From an uncultured Clostridia bacterium (GTDB taxonomy: Bacteria > Bacillota > Clostridia > Oscillospirales > QAKW01): DNA of 64,000 nucleotides. Position numbers and translations under genes: made by a program. Shown in pieces: positions 19,281-28,637 of this stretch. The DNA is taken from assembly GCA_944385895.1 (NCBI GenBank), contig CALWYZ010000011.1:1173-65172 (forward strand), written 5' to 3'. The notes under the pieces are model-generated. The model searched no databases and was not told the DNA's origin. It was given only the letters and a program-made list of their open reading frames with translations. Each line of letters opens with the position of its first letter. The stretch's first letter is position 1.

Positions 19281-20310
19281 TTCGGTTCCCTCCTCTGTAT
19301 TCGATATATGAAAGTATAAGCCTGACGGCATTTTTCATATCATGCAGCGAGACAATCTCGCCGGCGGAATGCATATATCTTAGCGGCAATGACAAAAGCG
19401 TACACGGCACACCGTCGCGTGCCGACACAATATTATCCGCATTAGTACCGGTCCTGCCGCTCATCACCTCGATCTGGTACGGAATAGAATGAGCACGCGC
19501 AGTACCTATAATAGATTCCGTCATATGCGTATCGAGCAAAGGTGAAATGCCGACAGCACAGCCTTTTGAAAGCTCTTTTCCCTTGTAGCTGTCCGTATAG
19601 GGCGAAATACCGAATGTAGTATCAACAACAATAGCACTATGCGGCTCTATATTATATGCGGCAGTATGGGCACCGTATCCGTTAAACTCCTCCGCAGCAG
19701 AAAAAACGATATATACATCATATCTGGGACGCACGCTGCACAGCATTGACAGCACCCGCACAAGAACGGCACAAGATGCGCGGTTATCAAAGCTTTTACC
19801 CAACACAAGCCCGTTTTGCAAATCAGTGCATGTACTGCGCAGTGTTATGAAATCCCCGACTTTAACAAGCTCTCTTGCAGTTTTTGCGTCAAAACCTATA
19901 TCTATAACCATATCCTTAGCTTTTATTTTCTTATCGCTGTCAGCATCCTTAAGCAGGTGCGGCGGGAGAGTGGCGACAACTCCTGTTAAATTTCTTGAGG
20001 CCAATACCGTAACATAAGATGACGGAAGTATTTTATCGTCGATCCCACAGTGGTTTGCAAAATGGATAAATCCATTATCGTCAATTCCGGTAACGACAAG
20101 CCCCACCTCATCGGCATGGGCATCAAGCATAATTTTTTCAGCACCCGGGATTTTACTGTACTTTACAGCCACCAGGTTGCCCGCTCTGTCTCTGTACAGC
20201 TTATCAGCAGACGGGCGCACCAGACGTTCAAGGCAGGTCAGCAGTTCCTCTCTGCCGCTGGGAGCGTATTCGGAACACAGTTCAAAAAGATAGTTCTTGA
20301 GATTTTCCAA
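19273..20310 (-). CDS. M42 family metallopeptidase, paralog 1
   Basis: AHADEVG, FDNRASC, AAEEFNGYGA, VVDTT, RYMHS. Confidence 0.85.
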   Translation of the reverse strand: MENLKNYLFELCSEYAPSGREELLTCLERLVRPSADKLYRDRAGNLVAVKYSKIPGAEKIMLDAHADEVGLVVTGIDDNGFIHFANHCGIDDKILPSSYVTVLASRNLTGVVATLPPHLLKDADSDKKIKAKDMVIDIGFDAKTARELVKVGDFITLRSTCTDLQNGLVLGKSFDNRASCAVLVRVLSMLCSVRPRYDVYIVFSAAEEFNGYGAHTAAYNIEPHSAIVVDTTFGISPYTDSYKGKELSKGCAVGISPLLDTHMTESIIGTARAHSIPYQIEVMSGRTGTNADNIVSARDGVPCTLLSLPLRYMHSAGEIVSLHDMKNAVRLILSYIEYRGGNRIE

Positions 20311-20324
20311 TTTATTTTCCTCTC

Positions 20325-21713
20325 TTAAAGGTTATTTACGACTGACACGAATCTGTCACCGCGCTGTTCAAAATTTTTAAACTTGTCAAAGCTTGCACAC
20401 GCAGGAGAAAGCAGGACAATATCTCCCTGTCTTGCTGACGCCGCCGCGGCGCGCACTGCATCGTCAAAATCTTCTATTACCGAAATGGGAAGCTCTTTTT
20501 CATCATACCCCTTGGCTGCCAAAACAGCTTTTTTTATAGACATGGCCGTAGCGCCGGTCAAAAACAGTTTTTTTACATGCTTTACAATTTCATCTCCCAG
20601 CTTATCAAACGGCAGGTGTTTATCATATCCGCCGGCAATAAGTATAACCTTTGAATCAAAAGATCTGAGAGTAGCTGTCGTGCGGGTCGGAGATGAGCCG
20701 ATAGAGTCGTTATAGTAATTTACACCGTCTTTTTGACGTACAAGCTCTATCCTGTGCCGTACGCCTTTAAAGGTCCTGGCTACACAGAGTATATCATCGT
20801 CGCTGCAAAGGCCGTGTACTGCAAGCGCCGCAGCCATGAAATTTTCAACATTATGGTCGCCCCTAAGCAGTATGTCATTTCTGTCTGCCAGCTTTTGGAG
20901 CTTGCCGTCAAACACTGTATACACCGCACCGTCCTCATAATATGCGCCGGATGAATCGGGTTTGCCTTTAAAAGAAAATTTCAGAACCTTGCCCTTTGCA
21001 ATGCTTTCAAAACCGTTTGTGATTTCATTATCGGCGTTTATTACAAGTACGTCATCTGATGACTGATATTTAAATATGTTTGTTTTTGCCTCAATATATT
21101 CCTGCATGGATTTATGAACATCAAGATGATTGGGAGATAAATTGGTAACAACGGCAATATCGGGACTTTTTTTCATAGTATGGAGCTGAAAGCTTGAGAG
21201 CTCTACAACAACTATATCGTCCGGACGCATATCCGGCACACGTGAAAGCAAAGGAGTTCCGATGTTTCCGCCAAGATGTACTTTATACCCTGCATGTTTT
21301 AGCATCTCGTAAATGAGACTTGTAGTGGTGGTTTTGCCGTCAGAGCCGGTTATTCCTATTATTTTGCATGGACAGCAGTCAAAAAATATCTCCATTTCGC
21401 TTGTTATAACAGCACCTTTTTCAGCCGCGTCAAGCAGAGCCGGATTATCGTAACGCATACCCGGAGTCTTTATTATCAGTTCCCCGTCAAGGCTGTCCAG
21501 ATAATTACTGCCGCAAATAAGCGTTACTCCCAGAGAGCGCAGCCTGTATGCTATATCGCCAAGCTTCGACTCATCGTTTTTGTCATAAGCCTTGACTTTA
21601 GCCCCGGCTTTTACAAGCATCTCTATAACAGGCGTATTGGAAATTCCTATACCGACAACCGATACATTTTTATTCTTCACGCTCTCTAAAAACTCGTTAA
21701 ATTTTTCCGACAT
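20325..21713 (-). CDS. murD: UDP-N-acetylmuramoyl-L-alanine--D-glutamate ligase
   Basis: N-terminal Rossmann fold VSVVGIGISNTP, Mur ligase P-loop GITGSDGKTTT, and C-terminal domain. Confidence 0.92.
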   Translation of the reverse strand: MSEKFNEFLESVKNKNVSVVGIGISNTPVIEMLVKAGAKVKAYDKNDESKLGDIAYRLRSLGVTLICGSNYLDSLDGELIIKTPGMRYDNPALLDAAEKGAVITSEMEIFFDCCPCKIIGITGSDGKTTTTSLIYEMLKHAGYKVHLGGNIGTPLLSRVPDMRPDDIVVVELSSFQLHTMKKSPDIAVVTNLSPNHLDVHKSMQEYIEAKTNIFKYQSSDDVLVINADNEITNGFESIAKGKVLKFSFKGKPDSSGAYYEDGAVYTVFDGKLQKLADRNDILLRGDHNVENFMAAALAVHGLCSDDDILCVARTFKGVRHRIELVRQKDGVNYYNDSIGSSPTRTTATLRSFDSKVILIAGGYDKHLPFDKLGDEIVKHVKKLFLTGATAMSIKKAVLAAKGYDEKELPISVIEDFDDAVRAAAASARQGDIVLLSPACASFDKFKNFEQRGDRFVSVVNNL

Positions 21714-21805
21714 GAAAACAAGCCTCCGAAAAGTAAAATTTTACATATGCCTATTAAATTATTATATATTATACGCTTTGATTTATCAAGGAATTTAAAA
21801 AAGAT

Positions 21806-21834
21806 TTGCATTTTTATTGTACTGATGTTAAAAT
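21806..21834 (+). promoter_or_regulatory. sigma-A type promoter for rnpB
   Basis: TTGCAT (21806-21811), 17 nt, TAAAAT (21829-21834). The RNA 5' end is predicted about 7 nt downstream. Confidence 0.55.
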
Positions 21835-21840
21835 ACACAG

Positions 21841-22182
21841 GTAACGAGTAAATCAGGCAGTCGCCGTATAGTTTATACGGAGGAAAGTCCGAGCATCACA
21901 GAACAGGATAATGGATAACGTCCACCGGGGGTGACCCCAGGGAGAGTGCAACAGAGATATACCGCCCGCTTTTTGCGGGTAAGGGTGGAAAGGCGAGGTA
22001 AGAGCTCACCGACTCGCATGGTGACATACGAGTCCTGTAAACCCTATCCGATGCAACACCGACAGAAGCGATGGGCTGTTCGTCCGCTTGAGCTTTAACA
22101 GGTGGCTAGAGGAATATGGCAACATATTTCCCAGACAGATGATTGCCCTTGACAGAACTCGGCTTACAGATTTACTCGTTAC
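21841..22182 (+). ncRNA. rnpB: RNase P RNA (bacterial M1 RNA)
   Basis: P1 pairing GTAACGAGTAAATC...GATTTACTCGTTAC. Universally conserved GGAGGAAAGTCCGAGC and ACAGAACTCGGCTTACAG elements. No ORF in the region. Confidence 0.93.
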
Positions 22183-22260
22183 ACCTCATTTTTTAATGCT
22201 TCCCGTAATATAATGTTTTAGCGTCGGTAATACAAACGCAAAACACAAGGGGATCTGAAT

Positions 22261-23142
22261 ATGAGTAAATCAAAAATGTTAAAACCACCGGTAACGGCAA
22301 TCCTGACTGTGGCTTTAGTCGCTGCGATAATTGCCTGTGCGGTGATTTTTTTAATTATGAACAACAGGATAAGGGCTCTTAACGATATGCTTGTCAAATC
22401 GCAGGCCTACAGCGCTCAAATCGACGGTCAGCTAAACGACCTGAAAAAAGAATATGAAACTCTAAAAGACGATTATGCAGAGTTGGAAAGAACCAAAGCA
22501 GAGCAGAAAAACGCTAAGGTCGTATATCTTACGTTTGACGACGGGCCGTCCCAAAACACAGAAAAAATTCTTGATATTCTCGACTCTTATAATATTAAAG
22601 CGACATTTTTTGTGATAGGAAAAGAGGGAGGATATGCCGCCGAAATATGCAGGAGAATAATCACAGACGGACATGTCGCTGGCAATCACACCTACTCACA
22701 CAAATATGAAGAAATCTATTCCTCACCAGATGCATTTTGGAATCAGTATCAAAAAAATGATGACGTTTTTTTTGAAATTACGGGCAGGCACCTGAGCATA
22801 CTGAGATTTCCCGGTGGCTCCAACAACACCGTCAGTCAGCGATACTGCAACGGAATCATGGACGTGCTTACAAAACAAGCTCAGCAAAAGGGGATCGTAT
22901 ACTTTGACTGGAATGTCTCAAGTCTGGACGCCGAAAAAAAGGTGCAGGACACCCAAGTTATAATAAATTCGGTTTTATCGGGAGTTAAGGACAAACAGAC
23001 CTCAATTGTTCTTATGCATGATAACAACACAAAGAAAACCACAGTAGAGGCGCTTCCTGTAATTATAGAGCAGCTGAAAAGCCAGGGATATATTTTCAAA
23101 ACTCTTGATGAAAATACCCCGCCCATTCAATTTTTGAAATAA
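22261..23142 (+). CDS. membrane-anchored polysaccharide deacetylase (NodB/CE4 family)
   Basis: N-terminal TM helix, a short coiled coil, then VYLTFDDGPS and GNHTYSH metal/catalytic motifs. Confidence 0.85.
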   Translation: MSKSKMLKPPVTAILTVALVAAIIACAVIFLIMNNRIRALNDMLVKSQAYSAQIDGQLNDLKKEYETLKDDYAELERTKAEQKNAKVVYLTFDDGPSQNTEKILDILDSYNIKATFFVIGKEGGYAAEICRRIITDGHVAGNHTYSHKYEEIYSSPDAFWNQYQKNDDVFFEITGRHLSILRFPGGSNNTVSQRYCNGIMDVLTKQAQQKGIVYFDWNVSSLDAEKKVQDTQVIINSVLSGVKDKQTSIVLMHDNNTKKTTVEALPVIIEQLKSQGYIFKTLDENTPPIQFLK

Positions 23143-23347
23143 TAGATGTTTTTTATAGATAAATCCGTAAAAACGACGCAAAAAACGCCGCAGCTGCAAG
23201 TTCTGCAATAATTTGGAATATATCTGCTGTTTGTATCGGGACACAGTCTCTATACCTAAGCATTCAGCAAGCACAAAAGGACGCTTGTAACATCCGTTTG
23301 CGTTGGATGCGATAAAAATATAATAATAATAAAAAATAAAACGCAAA

Positions 23348-23382
23348 CTTGGGGCGCCCTTCTTTATATAGGGCGCCCCAAG
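23348..23382. terminator. bidirectional terminator between convergent genes
   Basis: A 12-bp GC-rich stem, CTTGGGGCGCCC / GGGCGCCCCAAG. On the minus strand it is followed by a T-rich run. Confidence 0.7.
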
Positions 23383-23465
23383 TATTATATTTCTCCATTT
23401 TGGGATCGCAGGTGTCACAATTCGATGTCCGCTATTCCTGCAGGCTTACTGTTGCTTGCGATCAC

Positions 23466-25133
23466 TTATCTTTTTATAATCATCAATACGCCTTCTGCTC
23501 CAACCCTGTTTTCAGGTTCTGCAAGTAGATCTTCGTTGATACATTCCTCTATTGTTTTTGCCAATATTCTGACGCCTGCAATAAGGTTCGTATAAATTTG
23601 ATACTCGTTCATCAGGTGTTCAGGGATATGAGTTTTCATAAATACTGAAAGTTCTTCGGCAATTTGCTCGATAACCGTTCCCATATCGTTATTGAAATCA
23701 AAAGAAAGGTTATAGAAGTCCATATCATTCTTTCTGTCAATCACGATTATTTTGGGTTCTATAATATTACCCTTCTTGCGAAGATACCCACATTCAAGAG
23801 CTTTAGCTGCGATTTCTTTTTCATTTTCTGACAGTTTATCAATCTCAATTCCTCCAATGGCTCTGAGTACCATTAAGAGCTTGGGATCGTGAGACAGGTT
23901 GTGTCCGCAATGGAAGTGCCTATCAATACGCTTACCATAAATATTGGATACAAATACCGATTTATACCCGCCAATTGAATTTGCATCAATACCGTCGCTG
24001 CCATAGAAATCAAATTCAGGATATTGTTCATCTGTATAGGCGACTGCAACGCACGAAAAAGCTCTTTTAATTGGTTCGATATCAGAAAAGTATTTTTCTG
24101 CAAGAACTTTATTGATTCTTTCTTCAAAATCCCAAACCGTTCTTGAGATCAAAGACCACATAATAAAACGTAAATCATTCTGTTCGCTTAAGTAAGGGAA
24201 TGAAAGTATTTTTTCTTCATTCTGTTTCAGCGTATTTTGATAATTTCGCAAAATTTCAGGTAAATGCTTTTCGTAAATCTTATTGGCTTGGTCGTACTCA
24301 TCATAATCTACCAAATGAATATTTACTGCATACCTGCCGTTATCAAGTTTGCGGAGCATACCATATTTCCCGTTTTCACCGTGACATTGAATTTCCAATT
24401 CTTCTTCAATATAAGGCATGGGTACGCAAAGTTCTTCAGATAGTTCTTTTGCTGACTTTGGTTTGTGTTTGCACAAATATATTAAGTTTTGAGAAAACAT
24501 CCTTTCGGTTTTAGAACGAGGATCGTTGCCGCAAGGATTTCCGGTTCCTGAAACAGCCAATTTGATAGGCTTTAATACATATGTTCTTTCACTCATAGTT
24601 TCAACCTCTTTTCTAACTGAATTTCTTGCAGAAAACAAACGTTGCTTTACAGTGGTTTCATTGATGTTAAGTCTTGTTGAAATCTCTTTCACCTTCAACT
24701 CATCAATGTAGAACATTACCATTACTTCTCGGTATGCCTTTGACAAAAAAGAAATTTCTTTGAAAATTCTACTTATTTGTTCTTGTTCGGCTGTTTCCTC
24801 AACAAATTCTTCTATTTCATTTTCTTTAGATCCTGACATCAAGTCGCTGTTTTCAATGCTGGATACTTGGCGCTCCGCATTTCTTTTTTCACAATAATCA
24901 GCATAAACTCTGCGAGCAATGGTCCATACAAAGGCGTAAAAATTCTCAATACGTTCTTGTTTATGTATGGCTGATATTATTGCAAGAACTATATCCGAGC
25001 ATAGATCCTCAGCTTCAAAAGATGTATTGCACCTATGGTAAGAAAAATAATATATCTTATCCAGTAAGTCTTTGTCATCAAGTAATTTTAGCGTTTCGTT
25101 TGTTTTCATCTTATACCTTTTTGTTTCAATCAT
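23466..25133 (-). CDS. sigma-70 family (ECF-type) RNA polymerase sigma factor with ~370-aa C-terminal extension of unknown function
   Basis: Region 2 (DLCSDIVLAIISAI, FYAFVWTIARRVYADY). Region 4.2 HTH (YREVMVMFYIDELKVKEISTRLNINETTVKQRLFSARNSVRKEV). The remainder has no TM segment. An alternative start at 25109 (MKTNE...) has a slightly better RBS. Confidence 0.8.
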   Translation of the reverse strand: MIETKRYKMKTNETLKLLDDKDLLDKIYYFSYHRCNTSFEAEDLCSDIVLAIISAIHKQERIENFYAFVWTIARRVYADYCEKRNAERQVSSIENSDLMSGSKENEIEEFVEETAEQEQISRIFKEISFLSKAYREVMVMFYIDELKVKEISTRLNINETTVKQRLFSARNSVRKEVETMSERTYVLKPIKLAVSGTGNPCGNDPRSKTERMFSQNLIYLCKHKPKSAKELSEELCVPMPYIEEELEIQCHGENGKYGMLRKLDNGRYAVNIHLVDYDEYDQANKIYEKHLPEILRNYQNTLKQNEEKILSFPYLSEQNDLRFIMWSLISRTVWDFEERINKVLAEKYFSDIEPIKRAFSCVAVAYTDEQYPEFDFYGSDGIDANSIGGYKSVFVSNIYGKRIDRHFHCGHNLSHDPKLLMVLRAIGGIEIDKLSENEKEIAAKALECGYLRKKGNIIEPKIIVIDRKNDMDFYNLSFDFNNDMGTVIEQIAEELSVFMKTHIPEHLMNEYQIYTNLIAGVRILAKTIEECINEDLLAEPENRVGAEGVLMIIKR

Positions 25134-25269
25134 GATCGTTACGCTTATATAGTCGGAACAAATTGAGATTGGTTAGGCGATTTTTCCAGATAAAATTCTG
25201 TTTTCCATTTTGCAATCCTTCAATGTATTGATTTTTTAGGAATACGATAATTACGGCTGACTGCAAAGT

Positions 25270-25305
25270 TAAAAGGAGAGGCAGCTTTCCTATAGTGCCT
25301 CTCCT
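25270..25305 (-). terminator. intrinsic terminator after ftsZ
   Basis: AGGAGAGGCA / TGCCTCTCCT hairpin, followed on the minus strand by UUUU. Confidence 0.7.
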
Positions 25306-25325
25306 TGTGCGTTTTATTTTTTAAA

Positions 25326-26414
25326 TCAGTCTTCGTAATCTGATTTGTTTTTAAAGAAATTAAGCAAACCGAGTGAAAGATCCTCATCATCTCCGGCATC
25401 TTCTTCAGCAGGATTTTCTTCAACGTTGTCCTTGGCAGCAATCACAGTATTTTTACCGCCGTCAAAGCCGGTGGCAATAACTGTAACTATCATTTCGTCT
25501 TCAAGATCGTTGTTAAACGCAGCGCCCCAGATTATATTTGCATCAGGATGAATGGATTCTGTGATTTTTTGTGCTGCGATATCGACCTCGTCAAGCCCTA
25601 TATCAGGAGAACCGGTGATGTTGATAATAACACCCGTAGCGCCGTCAATCGTTGTTTCAAGCAGCGGGCTGGAAATCGCCATCTGTGCTGCCGCCTCCGC
25701 CTTATCCTTACCGGATGCACGGCCGACACCCATATGCGCGTTGCCGGCATCTTTCATGATTTTATGTACATCAGCAAAATCCAGATTTACAATTCCGGGT
25801 ATCAGGATAAGATCAGAAATGCTTTGAACGCCCTGTCTTAAAACATCGTCCGCTATCTGGAAAGCGTTAAGCAGTGTTATTCGCTCCGCAGATGCAAATT
25901 TCAGCTTTTCATTTGGGATAACTATAAGACTGTCGACATTCTGTCTGAGCTTGGCAATTCCTTCTTCAGCAACACGCATTTTCTGTCTGCCTTCAAAATT
26001 AAAAGGCTTTGTAACAATAGCAACTGTGAGTATGCCAAGATCTTTTGCTATCTGGGCTATAACGGGTGCGGAACCTGTTCCTGTGCCACCGCCCATACCG
26101 GCAGCAATAAACACCATGTCCGTGCCGCGCAGGATCTCCTCTATCTCCTCACGGCTTTCCAACGCCGAATCCTCTCCTGTTTTGGGATCAGATCCCGCAC
26201 CCTGACCCTTTGTAAGCTTTGCGCCTATCTGTATTTTTTTATCCGCCCTGGAAATATCGATAACAGGACGGTCAGTATTTACCGCAATAAATTCAACACC
26301 TTTCGTTCCGTTTGCAATCATTCTGTTTACGGCATTACAGCCGCCGCCACCCGTACCGATGACTTTTATATTAACAACACCTTCGGTGCTTTCAGCAAGT
26401 TCAAATCCGGCCAT
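25326..26414 (-). CDS. ftsZ: cell division protein FtsZ
   Basis: IKVIGTGGGGCNAVNRM and the tubulin signature GGGTGTGSAP. Acidic linker and C-terminal peptide LSLGLLNFFKNK. Confidence 0.97.
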   Translation of the reverse strand: MAGFELAESTEGVVNIKVIGTGGGGCNAVNRMIANGTKGVEFIAVNTDRPVIDISRADKKIQIGAKLTKGQGAGSDPKTGEDSALESREEIEEILRGTDMVFIAAGMGGGTGTGSAPVIAQIAKDLGILTVAIVTKPFNFEGRQKMRVAEEGIAKLRQNVDSLIVIPNEKLKFASAERITLLNAFQIADDVLRQGVQSISDLILIPGIVNLDFADVHKIMKDAGNAHMGVGRASGKDKAEAAAQMAISSPLLETTIDGATGVIINITGSPDIGLDEVDIAAQKITESIHPDANIIWGAAFNNDLEDEMIVTVIATGFDGGKNTVIAAKDNVEENPAEEDAGDDEDLSLGLLNFFKNKSDYED

Positions 26415-26452
26415 TTCAACGTCTCCTCAATTAATATTTGACTATCAATTAT

Positions 26453-26481
26453 ATTTTATGTTATTTAATATAGTTTTTCAA
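26453..26481 (-). promoter_or_regulatory. sigma-A type promoter directly upstream of ftsZ
   Basis: On the minus strand: TTGAAA (26481-26476), 17 nt, TAAAAT (26458-26453). Confidence 0.55.
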
Positions 26482-26509
26482 GAGCTTTTTTGAAAAAAGC
26501 AATATTTTC

Positions 26510-27319
26510 TTATTCATTTTCTGATGCCTGTTCATTTTCCTCTACTGACACTGCGCGATAATACGCTTTTGTGCCGGATGATACGTCTATCTGCGCGTGT
26601 TCTTTAGACTCATTTTCATCAAGAACATACTTTGTAAGTTTAATCTTTTCATCCATGCGTTCAGAGCTGCCCAGCAAAACAGTCACTCTGCTGTCATAAA
26701 CAAAGCTCAGGTCATAAATATCGCTGATTTTTATAGAGGTTATATTTTCAGTTCCAATATTATCGCTTATAGACCTTGTAATCTTTACAAGCGTCTGTTC
26801 CTTGCCGTCGGCATCAGCAACAAGCTGACCCGGTTGCGGTGATACGGGCTCTATACCCTCAATTTCTGCCAGACCCTCCGGCTGAATTTCAGACGCCTCA
26901 AGCAGCTTGAGGTCTTTATCCATTATGTAAAAATACCCCTGCCATGCCAAATAGCAAAACGGACTGGTCTCGGTGACTGAAATAACCATTGTCGAGGGCA
27001 GGTTTCTGTTTATCGTAACATCTGACAGATAAGGCAGTGACTGCTTTATCCGGTCTATGACATCAAATTTATTCAGCCGGAACATATTCTGCCCTTTTTC
27101 AAGCCCGGACGCATGAATTATTTCATCGGTACTATAATGAGAATTCCCCTCTACAGTGAACTCGTTTATATTAAAAAACACAGTCAGGGACAACACTGCT
27201 ATTATCAAAACCATAAACACCGTAAGCAATGTATAAAACATCAGTTTTCTGCGTTTTTTACGGCGTTTTTTATTCTTATAGTATCGGGCAAGAGTTGAGT
27301 TTTCAGGCAGATTTTCCAT
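26510..27319 (-). CDS. ftsQ: cell division protein FtsQ/DivIB (POTRA domain)
   Basis: Basic N-terminus (KKRRKKRRK), a single TM helix, then a POTRA/FtsQ-type extracellular domain. Confidence 0.8.
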   Translation of the reverse strand: MENLPENSTLARYYKNKKRRKKRRKLMFYTLLTVFMVLIIAVLSLTVFFNINEFTVEGNSHYSTDEIIHASGLEKGQNMFRLNKFDVIDRIKQSLPYLSDVTINRNLPSTMVISVTETSPFCYLAWQGYFYIMDKDLKLLEASEIQPEGLAEIEGIEPVSPQPGQLVADADGKEQTLVKITRSISDNIGTENITSIKISDIYDLSFVYDSRVTVLLGSSERMDEKIKLTKYVLDENESKEHAQIDVSSGTKAYYRAVSVEENEQASENE

Positions 27320-27323
27320 TTTA

Positions 27324-28583
27324 TCAATCCTTTAGTTTTATTATCTCAGCACCCAGACTTTTCAGCTTTTTATCAAAACCGTTATAGCCCCGTTCAATAT
27401 GGGAGATATTCTTGACCACGCTTTCTCCCTGAGCAGACAGCGCTGCTATCACAAGAGCTGCGCCGGAACGCAAATCTCCTGCAAAAACGCGCGCGCCGTA
27501 AAGCCGCTCTGTACCGTGAACGTATGCAGTCCTACCGGAAACGGTGATATCCGCGCCCATTTTTATAAACTCGGAGCTGACTCTGAGTCTGTCATCAAAG
27601 ACACCCTCGTGTATCTGTGTCGTACCTGCCGCACGCAGCAGCATTGCCATGATTATTGACTGCGCATCGGTCGGAAATCCCGGATAAGGAGATGTTTCTA
27701 TCCTGCCGGGCGAAAGAATAAACTGACCTGCGCGCGAAACTGTTATACTATCGTTTTTACGGCAAACAGAGCCTCCGGAATTCACTATAAGATCCGTCAC
27801 TGCCATCAGATGTGACGGACACACGCCCTTTACGGTTATCTCCCCGTCTGTCGCAATCGCGGCGGCAAGATAAGTTGCCGCTTCAATACGGTCTCCGATT
27901 ATATTATAATTAACTCCGTGAAGTTTTTCAACACCCTCTATAATTATTATGCCGCTGCCCGCACCGCAGATTTTACCGCCCATCGCGTTTATGAAATTCT
28001 GAAGGTCTTCTATTTCAGGCTCACGTGCCGCGTTGGTCACCGTTACAATACCTCTGCCCCGACATGCAGCAAGCATTATATTTTCCGTCGTGCCGACACT
28101 CGGATAGCGCAAAAATATGTCCGTGCCGTGCGCACAACCCGAACACTCCACGACATTTCCCGTATCTGAAACTGATAGCCCCATTTTTACAAATGAGGAC
28201 AGATGCAGATCAATAGGCCTGCTGCCAAGCTCACAGCCTCCCGGACGACATTGCGCCGCCATACAGAATCTGCCGATCGCAGCGCCTAAAAACAGCGCCG
28301 CAGAGCGCATTCGGCTTACAAGATCACACGGTATTTCGCGAAAGCTCACATTCTGCGCATCGACATGTATTTGTCCGTCCTCAAAGGACGTTTCACAACC
28401 AAACAGCTTTAATATTTCCAGTGTATATTGAACGTCTGTTATATGAGGACAGTTTGTCAGCGTCACCTGACCATCATCGCACAAAAGACATGCGCAAAGT
28501 ATCGGCAATACCGAATTTTTGGCACCGTCTACCGTGACCTGCCCTACAAGCGGTCTGCCGCCGCTTATTATGTATTCAGACAT
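27324..28583 (-). CDS. murA: UDP-N-acetylglucosamine 1-carboxyvinyltransferase
   Basis: GGRPLVGQVTVDGAKNSVLPIL and the active-site loop RPGGCELGSRPIDLH. The ATG at 28583 is preceded by GGGAGG. Confidence 0.92.
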   Translation of the reverse strand: MSEYIISGGRPLVGQVTVDGAKNSVLPILCACLLCDDGQVTLTNCPHITDVQYTLEILKLFGCETSFEDGQIHVDAQNVSFREIPCDLVSRMRSAALFLGAAIGRFCMAAQCRPGGCELGSRPIDLHLSSFVKMGLSVSDTGNVVECSGCAHGTDIFLRYPSVGTTENIMLAACRGRGIVTVTNAAREPEIEDLQNFINAMGGKICGAGSGIIIIEGVEKLHGVNYNIIGDRIEAATYLAAAIATDGEITVKGVCPSHLMAVTDLIVNSGGSVCRKNDSITVSRAGQFILSPGRIETSPYPGFPTDAQSIIMAMLLRAAGTTQIHEGVFDDRLRVSSEFIKMGADITVSGRTAYVHGTERLYGARVFAGDLRSGAALVIAALSAQGESVVKNISHIERGYNGFDKKLKSLGAEIIKLKD

Positions 28584-28637
28584 AAGAAACCTCCCGATAA
28601 GATTACAGTTTATCATATGTCTTATCGGGAAGGCGGG

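Noticed and set aside
23002-23418. 138-aa minus-strand ORF spanning the deacetylase 3' end and the intergenic region.
   Set aside because: It overlaps a confident CDS on the other strand and reads through the GC-rich terminator hairpin at 23348-23382. It has no RBS and its sequence is implausible (YYYY, basic low complexity).
25220-25441. 73-aa minus-strand ORF overlapping the ftsZ 3' end.
   Set aside because: It is out of frame with ftsZ, runs through the ftsZ terminator, and has no RBS.
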